Notes: generated by a model not told the origin, from the letters alone. DNA of 64,000 nucleotides from Selaginella moellendorffii (GCF_000143415.4 NW_003314261.1:6666817-6730816); one strand, 5' to 3'; positions 24,171-39,370 are shown, counted from the stretch's first letter. A program made the numbers and translations.

Positions 24171-24434
24171 TAGTCTGATGAGACTATGTTGAGGAACGAG
24201 GAACTAACCAAGCTAACGAGCACCGGTCCAACAAGCGAGGTAAGCTTAGCTAGTGAAGGAATATTTTCCAGCCAGCAAAGTACTAAACAAGCTTAGTCGG
24301 CAACATCCATCAAAATAAACAAGATTAATCTGCAACATCCAACAAGGTACTAGACAAGCTTAGTCGGGACTATTTAGCAATGTATTATACATAGCCTACA
24401 AGGGACAGCATCCGAACATGCACAAGTGACTGAC

Positions 24435-24670
24435 ATCCGGGTCTTTGCTCAAGAGACCACCTCAGCCACTGGCAGCTGACAAGGACTAACAAGTCTTTGT
24501 TATATCAACCAGAAGAGGAGGGACTAGCGAGTCCTTGCTCAATAGACTACATCAACTAGCAAAAAAAGGACCGACGAGTCTTTTCTCAAGAGATTATATC
24601 AACCGACAAACGAAGAACTGACGAGTCTTTACTCAAGAGACTACATCAACCAACGAATGAGGGACTGATA
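24435..24670 (+). repeat. Degenerate ~45-50-bp tandem repeat, about 5 units
   Basis: Recurring GACTGACGAGTCTTTGCTCAAGAGACTACATCAACC. Confidence 0.65.
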
Positions 24671-24744
24671 ACTCTTAAGGAGTGAGGGAGGTTGAGGGAC
24701 CATTCTGAGGGATGATGAGAAGATAAGTTTCAAAAGTGATGCAA

Positions 24745-26040
24745 TCAGTGAGGTTCCTTAACAAGTTCACACTTCGACTTCTTCGCATAGAGCTTGTTGT
24801 CACAAAGAATGTGTAACACCTTCCACAAGTGTTCACAATGTTTCTCAAGAGTTCGACTATAGATGAGAATATCGTTCAGGAACACTTCAACAAAACTACC
24901 ACGAAACTCCCGCTCGTTCATCAACTGCATGAAGGTGCATTGGTTAACCCAAAGGGCATAACCGTAAACTCATAATGGCCAAAAAGGAGTGTTAAACACA
25001 GTCTTTGAAATATCAAAATCCCGCATCTTGATTTGGTCGTACCCATTTCTCAAATCAAGTACTTCACACCACACAACCGATCCATTATCTTGTCCACACG
25101 AGGCATAGGAGAATGGTTGGCTATCATCCGTTTGTTCAGAGCATGATAGTCTATACACATGCAAAGAGAACTGTCCTTGCGAACCAACAGAACCAGTGCA
25201 CCATAAGGAGACTTACTCAGCTGAATAAAACCAAGTGCAAGAAGCTCTTCAATCTGCCGTTTAACCTCTAACAATTGAAGAATAGGTGGAGTACACCCTT
25301 CACCTTTAAGCAGCAGAGTTCCACTCTCACGATGAAACACCTCCTTGGTCTTCCAGTTAACATCCCGGTTAAAAGTCAAGCCAAGCATTAAATCATAACG
25401 ATGAAGATCAGCAAGATAAAAGTCCTTTTTGACACACAAAGAGTCACTGATGTCCACACAAAGTTGCTGATTCCACTCCTGTAAAGCTGTTGCAGTCCCT
25501 TCAATCTTGTATTGAGACGTCTCAGTCGTAGTTACGCCTTGCTGCCTCACATACTTGGCCGGTGAAATGAAGTTGTCACTACTACCTGGATCAAATAGAA
25601 CCAGAACAGGCTTACCGGACACATGAGCCTCGAACTCGATCACTTGACCAGGACGCCTGGCCATGGACACACGACACCAAGTAACATTCACTCAACAGTT
25701 CAGACTGAGTTAGGATCAACACGAACTTCAGTCTTCAGCCTTGAACCTGAAGTTTCACCTTTAGCTCCATGATCATGAGAACCTGGATTTGGACAATCCC
25801 GCGCAAAGTGTCCACGTTCACCGCAATCATAGCACTTCAGAGCCGAACCAGAACCTGTTTTCTCCTGTGAAGCCTGAGACTTATCCTTCCTGAACTTATC
25901 CTGGAAAAAATTTCTCTTGTATTGGTTCGCAAAGCGAGACACCAGCTTCTGGTCCTTGAAATTCCTACGGCTATGACCGTCATGATGATCCTTATATTGA
26001 TCACCACGCTCGTCACCCTTTGACTGAGTTTTGTTAGGAC
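24745..26040 (-). mobile_element. Degenerate Ty3/gypsy fragment (zinc knuckle, protease, partial RT)
   Basis: CYDCGERGHFARDCP; LFDPGSSDNF; SKSPYGA...CMCIDYHALNK; FLNDILIYS; frameshifts and deletions. Confidence 0.9.
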
Positions 26041-26559
26041 TCTGAGATAAAGTCCTAATGAACTTCCGAATTAAAATAAGAAAATATTTTTCTCATTTTC
26101 ACTGATTAACTAATTAACCAGGATTTAATTAACTATTCCTAATTATCTGGTCAACTTAAGCATGTATTAATTAGCATATTAGTGTTAATTATTATATAGT
26201 TAGTGTTAATTGTTCTTTAGCTAACAAATTATTTGTTTGCAATGACAATCAATACTAAGATAAACACTAGTTGGTAATATAATTATCAGATTTTGATTCA
26301 TGTTTCTGAATTTTTTTCCAATTGACATGTGGCTGATTCAATTGCATGTTCCAGAAGTGTTAATAATATGCAATGCTTTTTTTTTTAAATCCATGAATAA
26401 TACTGCTGATGGAAACAGTGGATCGATCTCTTGGATTCAACTTTCTTTTTCAGTGAGGCATGAGACTGCTATTGCATTCCTGTTCGCTGGTTTATATTAT
26501 TTCACGTTCACCATCCATTCACTCAAAGTGTTGTCTTTAACGGGGTCTGATATAGCATG

Positions 26560-28571
26560 TCCAACCAAGATAGGGTAAGTGGTTTCTTCATCATTGGGAC
26601 GCACAATAACAATTGTACCCCCGCTGACATGTCAGGAGCCGGACTACCCAGACTCAACGAGGCCTGAATCCCTGTTTGCATCTCTCACATATATATATCC
26701 CTGGGAATACTAGAATCATCATCTCCTAGTGTTTGGAAGAGTAAAGATATTGGGTTGTTTCTCCACCATGATTTTTGTTAGAATTATGAAAGTTCTTGTT
26801 CTTGAATAGGATTTTTGAACTCATTGATGATTTTGTCCCAGTACTGAAGAACTGGAGCATATTTATTTTTATATCCAGAATTTCTGTTTCTCATACCCTG
26901 TTTCCAAAAACTTGGTATATGATTTTATCCCCTCCGTAACGAATGAAATGTTATCAAACTGTTTCAGTGGTACCAGGTTTGGATCTCCTGTTGAAATTTT
27001 AGGGTTTTTATTCTCGTCTCGAAAGAACAACTGAATCCCCTCGATAGGAAACCATTGTTCATTGATGGTCGCATCTTAAACTGCATTATAGGGACATCAT
27101 CTCTCATGGAGAATAAGAAATGTAATGATTCAGTGTGTCCCTAAGCATTGTCTTTCAAACATATTCTTTGAAATCTGGGACCTCGGTAAGCAAGCATGTT
27201 GTAACTTTGTTTGCATGTGAAATTTCAAAAACATGTAGCATATGAAGGAAAGTGTACAAATTCTTGTGTTTCAAGTTCTCTGAGACCTTATTGAACATCG
27301 CATCAATACCCTCATGTGTGTCTCCAACCATTAGAAAATTGAAAGTTATTGTTTTGAAAACTCATTTGGCAACTAGTAACGAAAGATAGATCTGAAATCA
27401 AAATGTAATGGGTAAATTTGGAAATGTTAACCTGTTTTTGTTTTCTGACACACAGTTGTCCATTTGCAAAAGTAAATTCCTTGGTAATGGAGTGAACTCT
27501 GTTGTATCTTAGACAGAGGCTTGATCCAAATACACATCGTGTAATACAGATGTTGTATCCATCAGTGCTTCATGAAGTGACTGCTGATCATTTCTTTTTA
27601 CTCTTAAATCACCAGTGTAACCCTTTTTTATTCCTCCAAATTGTGAAATACTCTTGCAAGGAATGCAACAGTAAGATTCGGATCTTTCGGCCAATGTGGA
27701 AGACAAAAATGACCGTAGCTTTCATCCCCATGTCCATGAGTCAGGACTCCAAGCAAATTGATATGAAGAACCATCGAGTTGGAACTGCATTTTGGAACAT
27801 GCATGAGCCTTGGAACATAAGTTTTTGCGTAATCCATGACATCGTGAATGATGAATAAGTATTTCGAAGGTGTGCCAGCATTTTGTTTCCATAATACTGT
27901 GTTCTGTATTTGCGTTGTTCAATTTGATGTTTCTTAAATAAACCTTAAAAATGTTTTTGGTCCTCCTGATTTCTTGATGCAGCCATTTGTTCTTTTAATT
28001 CGAGACAAATGTTGCATTTCGAAAAATCGGATTTCTTAACAATGCCAACCTCCTTGAATTATTTGTTCCATATTTTGTTGAATATAGAATGTGAAATAGG
28101 TTTCACACCAATGTTGTCAGTCAATTTTGTTACTTCTTTGTGTAGTGAAACTTGTGTAAATCAAGCAGGAAGTATCTTCTGTGCCTCCCGAATTCCCTCA
28201 GATGTTATCCTTGTTTTGTGTGGTATTCTATCAGCAGTAACTAAACTCAATGCAGACTCTGCGGCAAGGACATGCCCTCTGTCTTTTGTCATCACCTTGT
28301 TTCCGTGAGAACAAAATGCAATCCCCTGCCAATAAAGATATCTATAAAATGTGGGCTGGCATAGATCGTAGATATTCCTCCATGCAGTGAAACAGATGAG
28401 CTGGCCATCAAAACCAATTGATGAGGTTCCCTCCCCATTGACAGCCTGAGTAAGGCACCCGAACACAGAACACTATGTTGGCGTGTATTTCAATTGCCAA
28501 AAGCCTGACTTTGCCTTTTTAACTACATCACGATCAGCAAACTGTAAATAACTTCTGTTGCAAGACTCCAT
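26560..28571 (-). pseudogene. DUF7869/Sola-like DDD DNA-transposase remnant
   Basis: MDYAKTYVP...GVLTHG...HWPKDPN, LLLQMDNCVSENKNR (~27430-27480) and FLMVGDTHEGIDAMF (~27295-27340); multiple stops. Confidence 0.7.
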
Positions 28572-29060
28572 TGAAGCAATCACTGAAGGCAGCAGCAGGC
28601 GATCTTGATCGGCAAGGCGGCGGATCAAGGCAGAACAACACAAGCCGACGCGCCGATGTTAGGGTTTGTTGCACAACAGGCACAACAAGCAAGGTGCAGG
28701 GGAAGGCGAGCAAGGCGCGTCTCAGGGGAAGGCGAGCACGGTGGAGTGCCAGAAACACTCCTGGAAAGAAACTAAGGAAGTGAAGAACAGTCTATATCTC
28801 AGCAAAGAATTGTAGAACAATAATGCAGAAAAGATAGGGTGGTGTCGCTCTATGTCAAACCCTCAACTATCTAACTAGGCGGTTATAAGTGCCGCCTACA
28901 TGCTATGCCTGACGCCTGAAGCGCCTGACTATGATAGTGCCTGATGATGGTGACGCCTAATGCTGGTAATGCTGCCTTCAGTAAGGCATTAGGCGGAAGT
29001 CTACTTGATACCTGCTTTGCTGAGTGCCTAAAATGCTGTCTTCACTCCTCCCACGACTAA

Positions 29061-29822
29061 TCAAACAGCCGTCCCGGCTGCTGCCTGAGCTCCCGTCTCC
29101 GACACAAGGTCTGTTTCCATCTGCTGTGGTGTCTCTGCCTGACGGAGAAATAGCGGGCAGCTCTTGTCGTGGTCATCGCGCTCCTTGAGTAGGCGTTGAA
29201 GTTTCTGCAAATCATGAACATGAGCTTCCTGCTGCTGATCAAGAAGTTGCTTGAGCTCGTCAATGCGTTCATTCTTCTGCTCGATGTCGATTTTGCAAAC
29301 ATGTAGCTCCTCATTTAAAGCTGTGTTGTCCTTGGCGAGCTGGATGTTGCGTTCGCGAAGCATGCGATTCTCAGTGGTGGATTCAACGCGAGATGTGGGA
29401 GCTGGAGTGCGGACCAAAGTCTTGAGCTGGTGAAGTTCCGCCTGAATGTTTTCCAGGATCTCCCTCTGCGGCTGGATGAACTCCACGTTGAATGCTCTGT
29501 GCGATCCTGCCATTGCATTGTCCTCCGTGAGGGCGCGTGCAAGCTCGGGAGCTGTAGGCGGACGAGGAAGCTTCTCTGCCAGGAGTTGTTGCATAATTCG
29601 AACGGTACAGCGTCCGCTGGCGTGATATGCCTCCGCATGATAATCGGCCATCCGCGTCCAGTAGTAATTGAGCGGATAGTCGTCGTGCATATTGATCTTC
29701 GAAAACTGGGGGAATGTAGTCATCTGCGTGATCTTTGCGCTTGTTGGTGTTGGGAGCGTTGGAAAAACCAGTGTTGAAGACGTCCTGAGGCATGCCGGCA
29801 GAAACCTGTGGCAGAACGTCAA
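29061..29822 (-). CDS. Hypothetical coiled-coil protein, antisense to and upstream of a gag (probable retroelement extra ORF)
   Basis: Open 253-codon frame with a heptad-rich C half; probable start MTTFPQ at ~29723. Confidence 0.45.
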   Translation of the reverse strand: MTFCHRFLPACLRTSSTLVFPTLPTPTSAKITQMTTFPQFSKINMHDDYPLNYYWTRMADYHAEAYHASGRCTVRIMQQLLAEKLPRPPTAPELARALTEDNAMAGSHRAFNVEFIQPQREILENIQAELHQLKTLVRTPAPTSRVESTTENRMLRERNIQLAKDNTALNEELHVCKIDIEQKNERIDELKQLLDQQQEAHVHDLQKLQRLLKERDDHDKSCPLFLRQAETPQQMETDLVSETGAQAAAGTAV

Positions 29823-30799
29823 CGGGAGGAAGAACGGGATCGATGTTGCAAGTCAATGTTGGATGTGAAATTGGGTTGCTGGGAACATGAAGCTTTGTAA
29901 CTGCCAGAGCAGTTGGATAATTAGGTGGCAGTGGCACGGCCTGATGGAGCGCCTGATGAGTCGATGACGGAGTGGGCGTTGGGTCAGGCGTTAGGCAAGG
30001 CGCCTGATGCTGCTGCGCCTGCGCTGGCGTTGCCTGACGAATTGTTGGGGCAGAAGGAATGCTGCTCGGGTGCACGTGAAGCTGTGATGAAGTTGATGGA
30101 GACGCAGGAATTGGTTCGCTGTCGGAGCCATCGTGCTCGATGACAACTGGAGACGTTGGTCGTCGGTGCTACCTGGCTTCGCGGGCTTTTGATAGCAGAG
30201 GATCTTCATGTGCCTTCTTCGCGCGCTCCTTGCGGCGACGTGTCGAAGATGATGGCGAAGGGGCAACGACGGTAAAGCTGCCATCGGGATTCACAACAGC
30301 AGTCTGTAGAGGCAGTCGATGCAAAACGAGATTTTGCAGAAGATTGTATTGATGAAGTCGCTGCAGAATCGGAAAAATTCGAGTTGAAGCAGGCTTGCGA
30401 TCCTTCTACTTGTTGTAGAGCTCGCAAAGCGTAACATGAGGCTTGGTGTGAAGATACGCTGCGAGGTTTAGGGGGTTTGTTGTTGTTGAGCTCGACGTAC
30501 ATAACTGACAAGATCATACTAGCAGAAGTATGTGAGAAACGCGGAGCTCCAATATGTCTGCAACAAGCTGCACTTGCAGACGATGCTCAGGCTTGATGTG
30601 GCGAGTTTGTAGCCCAGTCTTCCCATGGACTCCCACTAGCACCTCCTCTGCAACGAATGCATCAGTTTCTACTCCATCTTGCCAGGATGTCAAGCAGGAA
30701 TTCCTTCCTCTGCCTGATTTTCCCTGATTTGTTTTTCTTTTAATTACATCACCAACCACCATCAACCGTTGACAAGCAGCATGCGACACATGATCGTAT

Positions 30800-32767
30800 G
30801 TATGGACACGACATCCAGACAAAGAGGATATAGAACATAGAGCGTTCCCAGAGATACTTTGCCCGGGAGCTCCGCAACCTCGAGCACACGCGGGAGCAAC
30901 AACAACGGTTAGAGGGACGAAACATACCCCCGACCCAACTCGAAATCAGGCAGCTTTTACGGTGGCAACTAACAACCGACAATGCTGCACACATCGAAGA
31001 CTTGATCAACAGTTACTTCGCTTATCAAACACCTCCAAGAGAGACTCCACCGAGCCCGTTTGACTCCGTGACGGTTACTACACCGCCGCCCCAGCAAACA
31101 ATTCATCAAGAGCAACGACAGCCAGAGACTTCGACCTGGCACACACCACAATCGGCAATTCATCCTTCGCTGAGTGCACCAGCACAGCCTTCTGCCTACT
31201 CAACACCTTCATCAGCACCTGTTACTGCCGACACCGAATTACAACAAAATCGCTTCGCTCATAGTATTGAGTGGAGTAACGTCATCAGCAATTGGAGGAA
31301 GGCAACCCCAGCAACCAGACCACTTCCGACATAGCATTGGACTTCTTCAATCATCGCGACCACGAATCGCCAACAACATTTACATTAGATCATCACCACA
31401 ATTCTCCATCAGCACCCGAGCCAGACAATATCTTCGGCGACTATCAGGCAGCGCCTGATTTACGACCTTTGCTCTACATTCAAGACTCGCCTGACAATCA
31501 ACCTTTGCCTGACAACAATCAGGCACACCTTCAACATCAGACCAAGACTCATTCTTCTGGCCTCGACACACAAGTTTCAGGCAGCGATCTAGCAGCTCTT
31601 TTTGGTGAAATACAACGTCCTTCCCCACGATTAGGCACGATGACACTCTATATATCCGGTACTGCCATTGGCAAAGTCATCTCCTACCCCGCATTCAGTG
31701 GTCTTCGGGAAGAAAATCCAGAGAAACACGTACATTTCTTCAAAGGAGTTGTCGTCACCAATGGCGATGAACACAACGCCCGCAACATTTTCGGCTACAC
31801 ACTCAAAGGACGTGCCTTGGACTGGTACAGCCAGCAACCATCATCCAGGATCATTGATGAACTCTACCAAGACTTTCAAACCGAGTTCAAGTCAGCTACC
31901 ACAGAGGAGCAGTACCTCGACAAACTGCAGACTATCAGGCAGAAATCGAATGAAGACGTTTCCGACTACAGCATTCGCTACACCAAATACGTCAACAAAC
32001 TTCCAACGAGACCAATCGATAGTCTTCTTACACGATGGTACATTCAAGGCCTTCGCAAGAGTCTTCGCAAGGCGGCAGCCTTCCTTGCGGAAACCAAGTA
32101 CACCAATGTCGCTGACCGTATGACGACGGTGGAACTCCGCAAGAAAAACGCCAGCTTTGGCGATGGCGACACCAGTAGTGATGATGATGACACTCCCTCA
32201 CACAGACGGTTGAAGGAGAACACTAAACAGGACAGGCTTGTCAAGAAGCTCAACGCCGAAGCTCTTGCTGACGAATCCAATCTACGCACAAACGTATGGT
32301 GCACAACTTGCAAGAATGAGGGACACTCAGCTCATCAATGCAAGCTTCAACTTGCTACATGTCAACTTTGCAGGAAAAATGGTCATGATGCAAAGGTATA
32401 CCGTTCTAACCCAGCCCCTCGAGTTAATCAAGTTTCTACTTTTCAACCTCCTCCTCCTCGACCACCTCGACAAATGGGTTTCAACGACCGTCGCATGTAT
32501 TACCAGCAAGGTCCACCACCGCCGTACAAGAACGAGTGGAGAGGACCACCACCTCGGCAAAACTACTATCCACGTCCATGGAATGGCCCACCTCGTCGCC
32601 ACTACTATCAGGATGATCGCTACAACAGACCTCCTCGCGATTACAACTACTACAACAACCGCGACTACAATTACAACAATCGTGATTTCTACAATCGACA
32701 AGGCAGCTACAACCAAGGTGGATACCAATACTATCGCCCCACTTACAACCCGAACCGACAGGGGTAG
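30800..32767 (+). mobile_element. gag: Truncated retrotransposon gag with two CCHC-type knuckles and a Tyr/Asn/Arg/Pro-rich tail
   Basis: FSGLREENPEKHV, LKGRALDWY, IRQKSNEDVSDYSIRY, WYIQGL; CTTCKNEGHSAHQC and CQLCRKNGHDAKVY; no pol follows. Confidence 0.8.
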
Positions 32768-32853
32768 CGGCAGGATCAAGCACAACCAGGTCCTCCTCGA
32801 TTAGGCCTGCCTGCCCAACAACAACATAGTTTACCCGCAACCACATAGTTTAC

Positions 32854-33735
32854 CTGAAGCAGTAACCCCGTTGTACCCGTGAATACTTGATTTTCCAAAC
32901 TTTGCAGCCTTCCACTGGTCCAGAACATCAGCTTGTAAAGACTCTATTTCTTCTGTCATAACTCGCACTGCCCCCGTCATTTCCACTACATGCTGCTCAA
33001 ACTGTGACTGGAAGTTTTCACCCTGTTTCCTTATTGTTTCGTCCTGCTCCTTGACTTTGGTTTGCAGCTCTGAACTGACCGCAGTCAAGTTCTGGACTCC
33101 TCCCTCTAAATCTTCAACTCTTTTGGGAAGAGACTCGACGGCTGCCTTCAATTCTGCCAAATCCCCAGTCACTGTCTTGATGTTTACGGAATTTTCTTCC
33201 ATCTTGCAATGAAAGCTTCTGTCAAGTTCCACTCACCAAGTACGAAGCATTGCCTTTTTGAACAGCGTTGATACGATCTCCGGTGACTTTAACATGCGTA
33301 TCGAGCTTCTCAGCCTGCTTTTGGACCTCGACCTCGGTGAAATCTTTGCACTCTTTAGCCGTGTTTTTACTGCATTGCGTCGCGTCAGGGAAAGAAAAAA
33401 CAGAAAAGAAAACGGGTCAAATTTCATACCAGACTTCGTAAATCCCCTCCTTGAAAGCTTGAAAATTTTTGGCGAGCTCCTCAGCTTTCTCAAGCCGTGC
33501 TGTCTGTGGTAGCGATGGTTAAAATCAATTTCTCTCCTCTGTTCTCAATAGAGCTACAACTTACATGAGCTGTGAGTCGATCGCAAAAGACTTTGCAGTT
33601 TCTCCACTGCAACTGCGCTACGACTGATACATGGGTGACAGTCAAAATCTCCCGAATGATCGCAACATCGTCCATGGCTGCATCTTCCCCAGAATCCTGC
33701 CTGCTCTTCAAGCTCCAGCGCACCAGCATTGCCAT
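32854..33735 (-). pseudogene. 5' portion of an intron-containing coiled-coil gene, truncated at the gag junction
   Basis: GT-AG introns join open exons (TARLEKAEELAKNF..., MEENSVNIKTVTGDLAELKAAVESL...); it ends at a splice donor at 32853. Confidence 0.5.
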
Positions 33736-34194
33736 GTCCCATTAAAATCTCAAGCAAAACCCTGAATCCCCAAGAATCCGGGCAATGTGAGACTCATAGA
33801 GTACTTTCGATGCGCAAGCAGACGATCGGAGCCATTTCTTGATCCAGCGAGTGATCGCTCGAGATCTGGCAATGGAATGCCGACGAAAAAACAGAGCTCC
33901 GGCGGTACCGAAGCCTCGGCGCTCCCACGCTAGCCCTGCGCCAATACCCTAATCCCTCGCTAAGAGCTTCGTGTGACCATGCCCTTTCTGGCTCTTCGTC
34001 GCTTTTGTCGACTTGGCAGCATCGCGGCGGTCCGTCGAGTAGAAAGAACCGAATCCCGGCCGTTGATGCCTTCTTTCGTCATTTCTAATGGCAACGGTCA
34101 TGAGAGAGAAATGCGGGTGCTTTGCCGTGGCTCATACAAACACCTTGTTTCAAGCACGATATTGTTGACCTCAATCTTAGGTTTTAGGCCGGCA

Positions 34195-36190
<1,996 letters not shown>

Positions 36191-36532
36191 TGAAAAGTTA
36201 TATAATTGCTCGAGCATTTGGTTGATCGAGTTTCGGCTGCTCCTGCTATATGGTAAATTTTGTTTTTTCATTACGGACATTTTCTGATCAGGCAATCTTT
36301 GTGTTAACTGCAGTTAATTTAAGGCAGCCTGACAGCAACTGTTTCTTCAATGCATCTCTAACAGGTGTTTCTGGGGTTGAGTGAGAAAGCAAAAGCCTGG
36401 GATCGTGGGATTATGCCATCATGAACTTTGAAAGTTTTAGACACTTGCTCCTTGCTTGACAGATAAACAGTTAAACAGAGAAGATCCGTTACTAACAGGT
36501 ATGTTGGAAGTACTTCATTCTTATTGATTTAA

Positions 36533-36960
36533 CTACTGTTGTTCATGCCGGTGCTTAAACCGAAGTACAAGGTAAGCGTGAAGTCTGTAGACGATAACGA
36601 AAATTGCCGTAACGCCCAGGTTCATCCACTTGCTGAAATGCTCTAGGCCAGACTCGGCCAGTACTGTATGTATACAGGAGCAAGAAGACGAAAGAAGAAA
36701 GCATAAGCAGAACATGACCATGTTGGCAATCACATATGACAAGACCCTGTATGTTCCCCTAGAAGTTTCACACTTGAGGACCTGGTGCTCCGCAAGAAAC
36801 ATCGGCAATGACTCACTGGTGGACGTGAGCAGGAACATGAGAGTGAAGGCAAAGAAGCTGTAGTGTTCCTGGATGTCCTAGGTGGTGAACACTGAGCCAA
36901 GAGTAAAGTCAGCACCAAGTGCTTGTGCTGTCCTTGCCAGTGACAACTACTTGGTCTTCC
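36533..36960 (-). pseudogene. ABCG half-transporter membrane-domain fragment
   Basis: FFAFTLMFLLTSTSESLPMFLAEHQVLKCETSRGTYRVLSYVIAN and C-terminal WMNLG...YRL; internally deleted, no nucleotide-binding domain. Confidence 0.75.
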
Positions 36961-37379
36961 AACACTGGCTAGACTATAGCAAGATCTCTTTGCATTGAGA
37001 GTTGGTTATATGGCTAGAGTGGTGTTTTAATAAACCATTAAGGTATCCAAATAGGTAATGTTACCCACACTTGGATTGAGAGTATTGACTATTTCATCTT
37101 TTGGAGGAGTTATAGTTGGCTTTTAAACATTTCACTAAATCATTTCATTTGTTATCTATATTCACTTTTAGTTTAAACTCTTAAATATTTGTATCATCAT
37201 CTACCATATGAATATAGCCTTCTTCGGTCACACTAGCATTTCTTGGTCATATTGGTTCTATTGGAGTCCTTATTCTATAGGGACCCCCTAGAGTTTAGGT
37301 ATATGAAAGAAACATTAATTAGTATTAATATAAGTTTGGTACACTGATATAAAAAGTTACACTAACCATCTTATGTGAT

Positions 37380-39370
37380 ATCATTTGTAGATGCATATGT
37401 GGAGGTTGGGTTTAAAATCCCAACCTTTTAATGCTTGGAAGGCATTTAATTTGGAATATGATAACACTCAATGATGGATTCTTAATAAAGAGGACCTTAA
37501 AAATAAAGGATATAGTTAATATATTTATATGAAAGTTCAACAGAAGAATGTGGTAAATGGGATGGAGACACACAATCTTGGTTGTTACGAACCTTTGGTT
37601 AGAAGGGTTGACTTGCTAAGTATGGGGGATGCTCTTGTAGTTAGTCAACAACTCATGAGAAATCTATATGGGATCACTAGATGATCTTATTGCTAATCAA
37701 GAATAAGTTCTTTATTAAATTAAGGAACATATTTTCTAATTTATTAAGTGGACCTAAGGTGAAATGATCTATGACAATACAATGGTATTATGAGTCCAAG
37801 AAAGTAGTCTCCAAGGAAAATTTCACAAGCTTAATCGCTAAGAAGAGTCAGAGGTTGTTGGCATTCTTTGCTAGCATGTCGTAAGCCACACGTCAAGGAG
37901 AAGATTTGAGGCATGTACGAAGGAGGAAGTGAGAAGGAAAAGAGGGCAAGAATGCCTACTGGGATTTCTCTGTTTCACAAGATGCCCAATCATAAGAATC
38001 GTGAACAGTATAATAGCGAGGAATGGAAGCCTGATTGTGATGCTCTTGGTTGCTGAGGAATCTGCATGGAAAGCATGGCTATGCAACTCCGCCATGAAAA
38101 TATTTCCTACCTATCTACCTAGAAGCTCGATTGATTAGGGTTCTTTGGCATCCACACCCATGGGAGAGTTACAAAATTGGGCTATAATTGTATCCACAAT
38201 GGAAAATGATGATAAGATTTACTAGGGGTGAATATGCCAAAGTAGAGCTTTTGTTATGAAATAAAAATGATACCCCAAATATGGAAGTAGCAATCCTATA
38301 TTATTTGATGCAACAATTAGAAGATATGAGCAAAATACCAATGGCCAATAAAATTTTGGGAATTGTTGGAGTGATTCCAAATTATGAGTTAGGCAAACAA
38401 CTAACATAGGATGGATGCTAATGGATTATGGGAAAGGTAATAGAATTCTAAGGGATAGCATTCTCAAGTCCTTTAATTTTGTGAAATGTGAAAACTCCAA
38501 AAATGAAGTGGCAATATAGCCAAATGATAGAGCCATAAGTAACTTTAATATAAATTATGGATAAGTGGAACTTACGAGATTAAAAAGAAATATATGATGT
38601 CCTCAAGTAAAAAACTCCTTAGGATAAGAAAGTAGAGTTTTCACAACAAAAATGTCTAATGGAAGTGTTGAAGACACTTACAAATTGGGATAAGAAGTCT
38701 ATATTAAAATTCCAAATGACAATCCATACATTGATATAGTTTAAGATTACTCTAGAATGAGTAACAAGATTAAGATATAAAAGGTGTTTCTAATAAGTTT
38801 AGCGGGATCTAAACTAAAAAAGTGAAAGAACCATCACAAGTGATTCAATGAGTCCTTAAATTGGGTGGTCTATGCTCTTTAAAGGATATGCAAGGCATGA
38901 TGAGCCTTTGGTGTTGAACCATTAGCAAATAGTAATCCATAATGGACTTACTTTAGAAAATAAGTTATCATTCAATAAAGACGTTAAATTTCATCTATGG
39001 GTGAAGGAGTTAGAAGACATAAATCTTTAAGTTCTAAAGTAGAGCCAAAGGTGAATAATGTGATAGTGGCCAAAATGGAAGTTTAATGAGCGTAACACAA
39101 AACTCCAACTCAAAAAATAAAAAATGCAAAGAAGTGCTTAAAAAACAAGTATGAAGTGATTGATAAGTGAGTTTTTAGAAAGGGATAAAAGAAGGATTAA
39201 TACATGGCAAATGTTGTAACGTTAAATCCAAGACCAAGTCTAAAACCAAGTTCGAGATTAAATTTATGATAAAGTCTGAGATCTAATTTGAGACTAAATT
39301 TGAGAACGAGTTCGAGATTAAATCCAAGACTTGTTTAAGACCAAGTATAAGATCAAGTCCAAGATTAAGT
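37380..39370 (+). mobile_element. Ancient AT-decayed copy of element B (internal 3' part, PPT and LTR start)
   Basis: Colinear patches with ~14870-16700 (TAGATGCATA...GGAGGTTGGG, ATCACTAG, AAAGTAGTCTC, TAGCCAAATGATAG, CTATGGGTG..GGAGTT) and a decayed hexamer array at ~39225-39370. Confidence 0.8.

Noticed and set aside
23840-24670. Repeat arrays as CRISPR, or CTGACGAG/CTGATGAG as hammerhead ribozyme cores
   Set aside because: Units are degenerate along their whole length with no unique spacers, in a eukaryotic context; the required GAAA after stem II is absent.
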